From Octopus bimaculoides (taxonomy: Eukaryota), in the NCBI RefSeq assembly GCF_001194135.2, contig NC_068981.1, positions 2,235,195 to 2,299,194 of the forward strand: a stretch of DNA of 64,000 nucleotides, written 5' to 3'. Position 1 is the first letter of the stretch; each line of letters opens with the position of its first letter. The position numbers and the translations under genes are program-made. The notes beneath the pieces were generated by a model. The model did not search any database. It was not told the DNA's origin and worked only from the letters and a program-made list of their open reading frames with translations. Of the stretch, positions 50,881 through 62,690 are shown piece by piece.

Positions 50881-53424
50881 ATTTATTTGGGTTTTTTTTT
50901 TCCTTTTTAATTTCCTCCTTCATTCTTTAATCTTTCCCATCCTTCAGCCGTCCTCGCGTACTTCATTTTATTATTTCCAAACAACCCCCTAATTTTTTTC
51001 ATAATTATCAATTTTATTTTTACAATTAATTATATAACCGACCAAATCAACTATTGGCATTGATAAAATTGATTCTACTTCCCCCACTTCCAAATTTAAA
51101 ACCTTGTGCCTATATTAAACAAAAAAAATCGATATTTTAGTTTTGCAGAATCGGTAGAGTGACAGACAGCATGCATTGTTCTATTTAGTTGCGTAAATTT
51201 ATATTCTGAGCTCAATTCCAATCGAGGTCGGTTGCCCAGGACCATAAAATGAAGTACCAGTTAGATATTGGATTAATCTAATCACCGCTGGCTCTGATTC
51301 CAAATTTGAAGCTTATGCTAGAAATTTTTATTATTATTAGTAGTAGTATCATCATCATTCCCCATCAATAAACAACATTTCTTCTTTAAATATATATTTA
51401 TTTTCAATGCCTAAATAATTATAGAATTTGTTTACATGGGAGTTCATAAACCAAAGTGATGAACAATACTTCTTTCAGTCAATTGTATAAATAAATTATA
51501 TTTTTGATATTTCTTTCCGAAACGAAAATATTAATTTCAACCATTGACATTTAAATCCCACAAGTTAGCCCTTTTTTTTTTTTTTTAGTAGGATTAGGAA
51601 GGGAACCGGCCCCTGCCGTGACTGGAACTCAGGAAGTAAAGGGACATAACTGAAAACGAACACGCTGTCTGTCCGGCTCCCTGCCAGTTCCTCCGCCGCC
51701 GTCCACCATTCCAAATGGGATTTTATGTTCCTCACATTAAAAATAATTTAGTTTTAAATTCTAACGGACACATGGGGTCCAAATGTGGAGGGGTTAGAGG
51801 GAGAATGAATCAAATGGACCGTAGTAATTGACTCATAATTTTTATCCACCCTAAGTTGATGAAAAACATAGTCGGCTTTGGCGGGATTTGAACTGGGAAT
51901 GTAAAGGGGTGTAAGTAAATATTGCACTTATATATTTCTACACACTGCGTTACCAACTTAACCATCTTCAATCCTTAAATACTTAGAAAAAGGATGCGAA
52001 GTGAATATAAAAGGGTGAGGTTTATTCGCTCAAATGTAAGAGAAAATTAGAGTTAGGGGTTTACATTTAAAATATTCGATATGAAGTCTGTTATCAGAGA
52101 CTAGACCTTTCCTTCGACGCTTATTCAATCAGTTGCTTCAATTTATTTCCCCAATATGTATGATTTCTATAAGTTTCGAGTCCACCTACATACAATCTCC
52201 TTTAAAAAAAATTAATGACTGGATGATCAAAAGCTTCAACATCTTTTCTCAAAGGTTTCTTCAATCAGGGCTTTGATTAACCCTAAGTAGCCATTTTCAT
52301 AATAATAATATATTTTCTTAGCGTTCATTCTTGGATTTAGTTTATCGTAAATGCTTTTGGTGCCGGAGCCTTACCAAGCTATATGTTTCAATTATATTAT
52401 ATTTTCAGTTAGTTGTATATAAATTTGATATTAAATTGTAAAAAGCAAAGGTTTCTTTGAAATTTATACACCCACCTGATCTAGCAAAAAGTAAATATTT
52501 CATTTTTTTTGTTTCGGTTTTATTTTTGTTTTTTGTTTTTAGTATGCATCGATATCTAATCCCTTTATTTCAATTTCCTATTGTGATGAGGAGAGAAGAG
52601 ATTGATGATCGAACCAATAGTAAATCTAGAATTTACTGATTTACTATCTAAACACTGCATATGTTGTTTTTGACAAAGACAACAGTCCTTGATCTTCTGC
52701 CTCGAAGTTATCAACGTGAGAAAAAGAGAGAGCTTTTATGTAGTTGTTAGAAATAGCAACCAAATCTCCCTCCAATCACACTCAACCTTCATGAAAAAAA
52801 TACGGGGTGGACACTGAACAATGGTAGTCATGGATATAGCAAAATGACGAAATCGTCGCGGCCAGAACGTCTTCGATCCCAGGTTAACTCGTTCAAGATC
52901 GGTTTAGAGGTTAACAACCTCTAAACCGTTATTCTTTTAACATTATGTCAGCCTTGATCGAGCAGACTTCTGGTCAAAGGCGTTCCATACATAATTATCT
53001 CCTCTTTTTGTGTGTTCAAGTCTATTCTATATCCAGAAGAAAAATTTCATCTCTTCCTCCACATCATCCTGATCACCCTCCATTCTCTTCTGAAATGTGA
53101 GCAGCCATGTAGCCCCTTTACAGTGAGAAACCTGCTCTGCTCTGACCCATTCTCTCAAGCATTAATCCTTCGTCACCTCCCACAAATCAGTCTCTCTTGG
53201 AGTTCTTATTCTAGCAAGCTGAGTGGTGACCACAAGTGCTGCTGGATTGAAGAAAGTACCCAGTATCTATCTATAAAGTGATTGGCATTAAAAAGGCCTC
53301 TGGCTGTAAAGACCCTTCCCAATACAGACTTTAAGCATGATGCAGTCCTTGAATTCATCAGAGCCTGTCAAATTGGCCAGTCCATGCTAGAATTGAACAA
53401 GGACATTTAACAATGATGATGATG

Positions 53425-53467
<43 letters not shown>

Positions 53468-53642
53468 GGTTATGTACATATATATTTGTTGGTTAACAGG
53501 GCTACCGTTGGTTTCATGCTGAGGATTCTCAGCAATTATCAAGCCTGCCACATTGGGACGTTAGTACTCGTCTCCATCATCTTGGATGAGAATATATATA
53601 TATGGATGGATATATATACACATGCATGCACACACATATATA

Positions 53643-53860
53643 TATATAGTTTTAGGGAAAATAACCAAGTTTCAAGAACTCATCGATGAAAATCCACTAT
53701 CACATATATAAAAATTAACAATTATTTTTATCTTATGATATTTACTTTGTTTTATATTATACTCATTTATTGTGCTTTTAATTGTTAATTTTTATATATG
53801 TGATAGTAGATTTTCATCGATGAGTTCTTGAAACTTGGTTATTTTCCCTAAAACTATATA
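53643..53860. repeat. Near-perfect 81-bp inverted repeat with 56-nt spacer
   Basis: Arms 53643-53723 and 53780-53860; one mismatch seen. Confidence 0.9.
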
Positions 53861-54019
53861 TTTTATATATATTTTATCTATAAAGCTCAATTTAATTTTG
53901 ATTTTTTATAAATTGATTTTAATTGAGTTTTTACCTGTAATTTTGGATTTTGTCCCTAATATTATTATTATATTTACATATATACATCTGTGTATATATG
54001 CATGTAATGTTTACTCCTG

Positions 54020-54945
54020 TGCCAGAACAAACATATTCTGAACCAAACATTTTTGTGAAAGGAGCAAGGTTAGAAGTGATTGACACCTTTGTTTGCTTAG
54101 GAAGCACACTGCCAAGAGATGGTAGTCTTGATGCAGAGATATACTATTGAATAGGGAAGAGAAGTGTTGCATTTGGAAAGCAAGATGGGTGGATAGAGGT
54201 ATTTCCCTGCAGACAAAAATCAGTGTCTATAAAGCATGTGCATTGACCGCACTTCTTTATTCAAATGCAACATGGACCACTTACAAGCATCACATAAAAA
54301 TGCAGGAGAAATTTCATCAAAAGTACCTCAGACATATCTTAGGAATCAACTGGGAATGTTTCATACCAGATACAGAGGTTTTGCGGAAGGCACATTGCAA
54401 CTCAATTGAGCAACATGTTATCTTGGCTCAAATGAGATGAACTGGAAATGTTATTAGAATTAAAGACGAGCGTTTGCCAAAGCATCTTTTTTATGGTGAG
54501 CTGAGAAGCGACCACAACATAAACCGAGGAAAAAGTATAAAGACTGTGTGAAGGAAAACATGAAGAAACTAGATATGAACAAAAGTGATTGGGAAAATGA
54601 TGCTCTGGATCGGAACAAGTGGAGAAGTGCTGTTATGATTGGTTGCGATGCCTGGGAGGAAAAGATGATTCAGCACTCTGAACTTAAAAGGACCTGTCGC
54701 AAAGGAGCAATTAGAACCATAATCAACAGTGAACATTAGATATGTATTGTGTGTGACCGTGTTCTGTTGTCAAAAGCAGGATACGTGAACCATATGAAGT
54801 CACATGAAAATCGTATTGCCCAGACAGGTAATGATCTTGGACACCAACCATCTCTTACGACTTGTGTCATATGTCAAAAAAATTGTAAGACAATAACTGA
54901 ACTTAAAAGACATGTGCTAGTTCACAAAAACATTGCTTCAGAATC
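54020..54945 (+). mobile_element. RTE (BovB-like) LINE 3' remnant ending in two C2H2 zinc fingers
   Basis: LEVIDTFVCLGSTL, TKISVYKAC..LLY, FHQKYLRHILGINW, RLPKHLFYGEL and W...DRNKWR motifs. C2H2 fingers at 54743-54925. Confidence 0.88.
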
Positions 54946-55919
54946 AGATTCCAAAGGGCTCCCCAGCGCCTGTCATACTCTCCAATCCATGCCAACATGG
55001 AAAACAAACATTAAATGGGGACGAAGATGATGATGACGATGATGATGATGATGACGACGACGATGATGACGATGATATGTGTCATTGTGTCATTGTGTAT
55101 ATCTAAGGCTGGAGGTCAGGTATTAGCCTTCACAGTCATTTTGGAATTTGCTCTTCCTCCTCCTCCTCCTCCTTCACCTCCTGAAAGACGCCAGCATTAC
55201 ACACAGACACCCACACACACACACTGACAAATTTATGTTCATGTACTCACACATCTATCTACCTATATGCATGTATATATATACATATATACACACACAT
55301 ACATATGTACATATATATATATATACATGCACATGCATGCACACATACATACATGCATACATACATACACACACAAACACACACACACACACAGTCACAC
55401 ATATATGCATGGCTGTGTGGTTAGAAGTTTGCTTCCTAACCACATGGTTCCAGTTTCAGTCCCACTGCATGACACTTTGGACAAGTCTTCTACAATAGCC
55501 TTGGGCCAACCAAAGCCTTGTGAGTGGTTTTGGTAGACAGAAACTGAAAGAAGCCTGTCATGTGTGTGTGTGTGTGAGTGTGTGTGTGTATGTGGTTGGT
55601 AAGCAAACTACTTACCACACAGCCACTCCTGCTCTATACACACAAAAGACTGAGCAAGAGAGGGACGTACATAACCACAAAGGAACATATGTTTATTACA
55701 GTAAATTTTTTTTGTAGATTTTGAAATTGGTCAGATTATATCTAAATAACCTTTATACACACAATACTGTTCCATCACAACTATCTTTTCTTTGTTTCTA
55801 ACTATCAAATTATATTCGTGACATAACATCAATTTAACCTTCCTTTTTGTTGTCACAATATATTTCACTGACTCACATAAGTATCATGTGAGGCATTTCC
55901 CAATACAGTATCTTTTAAT

Positions 55920-56985
55920 ACAGTTCTATATTTAAGAAATGTGGAATTATGTACATTATTTACATTATTTACATTCGATGGATGTTTGTCCTACATTCGA
56001 TGGATGTTTGTCCTCATCAGGTGTCTTGGGGAAATTTCGAACCTGGGTTCTCATTCCTGAGGTATTTTTTTATGTTATTATTATTATCATTACCATTATT
56101 ATTATTATTGCCTTTGCACAGCTTCTAATGCTGGAGATGTACTACGGTGTCAGCTGTTCACTACCAGTGAACTATGGTAACACCTCTTATTTTTCGAACA
56201 CCTTCCAGAGTATTCAAGCGGTTCCAAGCAGTGCTGTTTTCTGCAAGTGCTCCACCCTTATTGCAGCCCCTATTTGTTCCACATACTTCTCGAGATTTTT
56301 GCTCACTGTTCCCAGGGCTCCGACAATTATTGGTACTACTGCTACCTCTTTCATCAACCATAACTGCTTAACCTCCCAAGCTAACCTGTCATATCTATTG
56401 ACTTTTCTCTCTTCCTTATCGCATACCTTGTTGTCAGCTGGGCATGCTATATCTATGATCCAGCATAATATGTTTTCTTTCTCAATTAGGGTTATATCTG
56501 GCTTCCTATTCTCTATCTCATGGTCGCATTGAATCATAAAATCCCATAGGATCTTTGCATTTCCATTTTTGACAATGCCTTCAGGTTTGTGGTCATACCA
56601 ATTTTTTGCTCTGTCAAGTTCATACTTGTTGCAGAGTGTTTAATGGACAAGCCTGGCTATATTGTCTCTTATATTCCTTCTGGGCTAGTGGCGTACATTG
56701 GCTGGTAATATGCCATACGGTTTCACTGTTTTGTCCACAGATTCTGCACTTATCACTTTCTCCTGTGTCGTCTATTCTGTATTTTATGTAGTCTGTTCTT
56801 AGTGCTTGCTCTTGGACAGCACAGATTAGAGCCTCCGTTTCCGGTTTTATATCACTTTTAGTCATCCACAGCCACCTTTTTTCTCTGCCTGTCTTATCTT
56901 CAACATCTTGATGAAATTGACCATGCATTCTTTTCTTTACCCACCTATTTTCAGTTTCATTGGGTTTCAATTGCTTGTTATTATT

Positions 56986-57020
<35 letters not shown>

Positions 57021-57143
57021 TATTATTATGTTGTTTTTTTTCTTCTTTCTCCAAATTTTCTTCCATTTCTCGCCGAGTGTTTTCCATACACCTAGGGCAG
57101 AGAAACTCGTATGCATTCCCAGTTTACACACACAAATTCACAG

Positions 57144-57215
<72 letters not shown>

Positions 57216-57266
57216 TCACTGCCTGGAATCGAACTCAGAATCTTGGGGTTAGTAGCCCATGCTCTT
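55920..57266 (-). mobile_element. Family 1 SINE interrupted in its (AAT)n linker (body 55920-56072, partial head 57211-57266)
   Basis: Family 3' terminus at 55920. The hammerhead is deleted between TCATC microhomologies. The head matches the other copies. R4/Dong sequence lies in between. Confidence 0.75.
56110..56977 (-). mobile_element. 5'-truncated R4/Dong-clade non-LTR retrotransposon (CCHC knuckle + restriction-like endonuclease), decayed
   Basis: ETEALICAVQEQAL..CRICG..ETVWHITSQC and RKPDITLIEK..IIDIACP..KEERKVNRYDRL..VPIIVGALG..LQKTALLGT are typical R4-clade C-terminal motifs. Flanked on both sides by (AAT)n-type arrays. Confidence 0.9.
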
Positions 57267-57597
57267 ATATATATATATCTAATTCATGACATAATATATC
57301 GATTTAACCTTCCTTTTTGTTGTCAGAATATCCTTCACTGACTCATATATGTATGATGCGGGGCATTTCCTAATACATTATCTTTCGTTTTTTTACTTTT
57401 TTTTTAGTCATTAGACTGTGGTCATGCTGGAGGGGAGGGGCGGTCATGCTGGCCCAGATACTTATTTTTTAAAGTCTGGTATATGCTCTATTGGTCACTT
57501 TTGCTAAACCAGTAGGCTACAGGGATGTAAACAAACCAATACTGGTTGTCAAGGAATGGAGGTGGAGACAAACTCAAACACAAAGACACAGTTGAGC

Positions 57598-57831
57598 ATA
57601 TACATACATACATACATACATACAAGCATACATACATACATACATACATACATACAAAAATACCCTGTTGTTGATGCTGAAATTCCAATGAAGGAACCTT
57701 GGATCTAGGTTAGAAACCAGCTCTTTCTCTATTGGCAAGAAATCTTGAAATAAACTGAATAATGACATACATACATACATATATACATACATACATACAT
57801 ACATAAATACATACATACATACATACATACA

Positions 57832-57865
<34 letters not shown>

Positions 57866-58440
57866 CATACAATATATACGGAAAAATTAGGGTTCTCAAA
57901 ACCNNNNNNNNNNNNNNNNNNNNNNNNNNNNNNNNNNNNNNNNNNNNNNNNNNNNNNNNNNNNNNNNNNNNNNNNNNNNNNNNNNNNNNNNNNNNNNNNN
58001 NNNNNNNNNNNNNNNNNNNNNNNNNNNNNNNNNNNNNNNNNNNNNNNNNNNNNNNNNNNNNNNNNNNNNNNNNNNNNNNNNNNNNNNNNNNAGCACATAA
58101 ATACATATACATGCATCTAGACATGAAAATATATACATAAAAACGCATCCATAAAACAAACATACAAATCTGCGCATACACTAACACCAAATAGTGCACA
58201 CACACACATATGCACAAATACCTAGATGATGTTGATAAAAGTTCCAATGAAGGAGCCTTGAATCTATGTTAGAGTCCGGCTCTTTCTCTATGGACAAGAA
58301 ATACAGAAATGAAACTGATTGATAACATACATATGACATAAATACATACATACATAAATACATACACAAATACATACATACATACATACGACATAAATAC
58401 ATACATACGACATAAATACATACATACATGCACACATACA
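57598..58440. repeat. (CATA)n arrays interleaved with two copies of a roughly 100-bp repeat (about 57661-57765 and 58220-58322), N gap 57904-58091
   Basis: gttgatg..aaattccaatgaagga.ccttg.atct..gttaga..cc.gctctttctcta occurs twice. Confidence 0.8.
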
Positions 58441-58818
58441 TATATTGTTATTGTTATTGTTATAGTAGAGACTGTTCTTGTCAATTAGCCCTAGTTTGAT
58501 CACGACTGACTACCTTTTCTGTATATCCTGGAATAGATTATCTCAGGTGATTCTTTCTTTTTTTAGACACTAAGGTGTGATCTGGGAAAAATCTGGCAGG
58601 TATTTTTAGCAAAACCAAACAACCACGTAGCTGGTTGTTTCCTCATTGCTTTCTGTGTTATCTTGTTTGAATCGTTTTCGCTCTCAGCTCAAACTTGACA
58701 GAAGCCATTTTAGCACCTCAGAGACTTTAGTTCACGTGAATGTGAATTGTGACCCTGTTACTGACATTATAGGACTATTTATTTTAACCCCATTTTGTCA
58801 GAGTAGAGCAGCTTTATA

Positions 58819-58887
<69 letters not shown>

Positions 58888-60500
58888 AATTGTATGAAGT
58901 ATATGTAATTGTATGAAGTTATAGGGAGCTCAAATTGGCACAGAGTGGATAGATATTCAATAATTCATTTCATGTGATGTAACAATCAATACATTGCTAC
59001 TGTTGTCATGTATTGGAGTATTTATGGAGCGAGAGAACAGTCTGCAGTATTGATGGAGTTTGTTGATTGAACCTGTATTTGAGCAGCATTTTCAACACCC
59101 TCCTATTCCCTTCACTTCACTTCCTCCATCAACACCACCATCAAACTGAAATTCACCATTAAACATGCCTCCATCCATGTCCCTCATTCTCTGTATTCAC
59201 CCCAACCCTCATCTCTTAACATCTGTCACTTCACTTTCACAGTCTCATGAACTTACCTATCCATGCACCTTTTCTGAGCCTCTCACCCTCTTTTCTTTCA
59301 TATTCACCTTCTTGTAACGAGAAGGTATACACCCTGACACTTCTTCACCCACCATCTTCTCTCTTCTTTCTAACTGGAATAACCATCTTTATTTTTCTCT
59401 TTATTGCCTACAAGGGACTAAACATAGAGGGGACAAACAAGGACAGACAAAGGGATTAAGTTGATAAGATCGACCCCAGTGCGTAACTGGTACTTAATTT
59501 ATCGACCCTGAAAGGATGAAAGGCAAAGTCGACCTCGGCGGAATTTGAACTATCTCCTCTACAGCAAGACCCTTGTTCCTATCCCTCTCAACACCAGGCA
59601 TAAAGCCACCTCCCTCAATACTGTATCCCCACTTAGTTGAAGGGGCTTGTTTTGTAAGTTACTTGATAATCTCACTAATGCTGGAACCAGGAGGAAAAGC
59701 ATCTAGCACATTCTATAAAGTGGTTGGCCCTAGGAAGGGCATCCAGCCATAGAAACTATGTCAAAGCAGACAGTGGAGCTTGGTGTAGTCTTCTGGCTCA
59801 TCAGATCCTGTTGCACTACTCAACCTGTGTCAGCACAGAAGACATTGTGACAAGTTGTGATACATTCTGTGTGAATGGCTTGGGAGATTCTGTAACAGAT
59901 TGTTCTCTATGAAATGTCCTTAAAATCTCACTGTGCCAGACTAACATCTAAATCATAAGCACAGGGTTCATGTTGTAACATTGCTGGCACATATTTTAAA
60001 CGATTAAATAAAAAAAATAGCTTTAAAGGAAAGAGAAATTATTTAATGTATTGACTTCTCTTTCTTAACCTTTCAAAGTTTGTATATAGTTGCAAATATA
60101 CATATTATAATAAAGCAATTGTTTGACAGCTTTAAAAACTACATACTAGGTGCAGGAGTGGCTGTGTGGTAAGTAGCTTGCTTACGGACCACATGGTCCC
60201 GGGTTCAGTCCCACTGTGGGACACCTTGGGCAAGTGTCTTCTACTATAGACTCAGGCTGACCAAAGCTTTGTGAGTGGTTTCCCTTATGAAAAAAAATAA
60301 ATTGTTCCTGTGTATGGTGACTTTTGAATCACCCTGTAGACTAAAAAATAATAAAGTATTCATCAAATAGACTGATAGTTGTTTCAACTTCAATATTAGA
60401 AGTAGTAATTAAGTTTTGGTTTTTGTTGTTTTTTGTCATATTTAACTCATAATGAAAACTAAATCTGCTTCGTTAGAGAATTTTTCAATAATTATTTTTC

Positions 60501-61020
60501 TATTTACATTATTTACATTTGATGGATATTTGTCCTAATCTTGTTTGTTGTTAACACAACGTTTCGGCTGATATACCCTCCAGCCCTCATCAAGTGTCTT
60601 GGGGAAATTTCGAACCTGGGTTCTCATTCCTAAGGTATTTTTTGATGTTGTTGTTGTTGTTAACATGCCGGGCAAAATGTTTAGCGGTATTTCGGCTGTC
60701 TTTACGTTCTGAGTTCAAATTTTGCCAAGGTCGACTTTGCCTTTTATCCTTTCGGGGTCAATAAATTAAGTACCAGTTGCGTACTGGGTCGATCAACTCA
60801 ACTGGNNNNNNNNNNNNNNNNNNNNNNNNNNNNNNNNNNNNNNNNNNNNNNNNNNNNNNNNNNNNNNNNNNNNNNNNNNNNNNNNNNNNNNNNNNNNNNN
60901 NNNNNNNNNNNNNNNNNNNNNNNNNNNNNNNNNNNNNNNNNNNNNNNNNNNNNNCGAACTCATAATCTGGGAGCTAGTAGCCTGCACTCTTAACCACTAC
61001 GCCATATGCACGTGGGCATA
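60501..61020 (-). mobile_element. Family 1 hammerhead SINE interrupted by another SINE and a gap
   Basis: Body 60501-60650 with hammerhead motif at 60553-60598. Head fragment 60955-61020 (cgaactc...aaccactacgccatatgcacgtggg). Confidence 0.75.
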
Positions 61021-61192
61021 TTATTTTTTATTGTATTTATAAATTATTTTTGTGTCATATTTAATAAATTACATCTGTATTATAAAAACAGATTAATGAG
61101 AACTGTAGAGTTGTTCTATAGACTTACCAAACCATTACCAGTTTAGAGTTGGAGTTAGTTATATATTCTTCACTGGCTGTTCAGACTGTGGG

Positions 61193-61235
<43 letters not shown>

Positions 61236-61470
61236 ATGGCCACACTAAAGTTTAATTGAATTTTCAAATATTTTATTAACCTGCATCATTGTATTTACAA
61301 ATGTACTTCCAATAAATTAATGAACATAATAGTTAGGAATCTCCTGTCGTATAACATGCTGGATAATATTATGAAAGTAATGCACGGAATTTAAATTACT
61401 GGGTATAATTGATGTGTGTCACTCAATGATACATGTTAAAGTGGTGCCTTTTGTTGAATACGATAGTGCA

Positions 61471-61651
61471 TAGGTTCTCAAAGTGGGCATTAAGACAACC
61501 CAGGTGGGTGCTGGTGCCTAAGGGGGTGGTAGAGAAAAAGGAGGCATTGGGAGGAAGGCAGTGGATTGGGGGACGCTATGAAATTATTATAATATTATTA
61601 TGGTATTGTATACAAATTATATGATATTATATTAAATATCAAATGATTCAT

Positions 61652-61684
<33 letters not shown>

Positions 61685-62075
61685 GTTTAATGTCCGCTTT
61701 GCATGCTGGCATGGTTGGATGGTTTGACTGAGGACTGGTGAAACAGATGGCTGCACCAGGCTCCAATCTGCTCTGGCAGAATTTCTGCAGCTGGATGCCC
61801 TTCCTAACGCCAACCACTCCAAGAGTGTGGTGGGTGCTTTTACACGCCACCAGCACAAGGGCCAGTCACATGGTACTGGCAACAGCCACACTCAAAATGG
61901 TGTTTTTTTTACGTGCCACCTGCACAGGAGCCAGCCCACCGGCACTAGCAATGACCTCATAGTATATATAAATTAGTAAAATATAAAATATTTATTTATA
62001 CATAAAAATAGGGGTGGGGGCGCTGAAGGTATTATGTGGCCATGAGGAGAGGGGCAAAAAGTTTGAGAACTTCTG
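61471..62075. mobile_element. Probable hAT-type MITE interrupted by an RTE-related SINE
   Basis: Ends ggttctcaaagtg and aagtttgagaac resemble CAGTGGTTCTCAAA-type TIRs. Confidence 0.45.
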
Positions 62076-62294
62076 CGATAAAAGCATATAAAATAAGAAA
62101 GCAAGATGGAGAGAGACCAACTTGCTGAGAAAAGTGGCACAGATTCTCCTTGATGGCTGAAAGACTCTCTGGCCTGTGGTTGTATTTGCCAGCTTTTATA
62201 GCTGTAAGCCAACTTCATTAATCTTCAGCCAAACTGTTTGACAAGAAAAATTACATGCTTCCTTTGAAGTTTGCTTCAAAACCAGTCAATGCTG

Positions 62295-62690
62295 ATTGGG
62301 TGTGTGGTAAGTAGCTTGCTTACCAACCACATGGTTCTAGGTTCAGTCCCACTGTGTGGCACCTTGGACAAGTGCCTTCTACTATAGCCTCGGGCTGACC
62401 AAAGCCTTGTGAGTGGATTTGGTAGACGGAAACTGAAAAGAAGCCCGTTGTATATATGTATATATACATGTATGCGTGTGTAAATGTTTGTGTGTCTGTG
62501 TTTGTCCCTCCAACATCGCTTGACAACCGATGGTGGTGTGTTTACGTCCTCGTAACTTAGCGGTTCGGCAAGAGAGTCCGATAGAATAAGTACCAGGCTT
62601 ACAAAGAATAAGTCCTGGGGGGTCGATTTGCTCAACTAAAGGCGGTGCTCCAGCATGGCTGCAGTCAAATGGCAGAAACAAATAAAAGAA
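62295..62690 (+). mobile_element. SINE family A, near full length
   Basis: Head, TA/TG core and tail. Confidence 0.9.

Noticed and set aside
53815-53840. CGATGAgttcttGAAAC in the 81-bp inverted repeat
   Set aside because: Core is one base short in both arms, with no helix I or II support.
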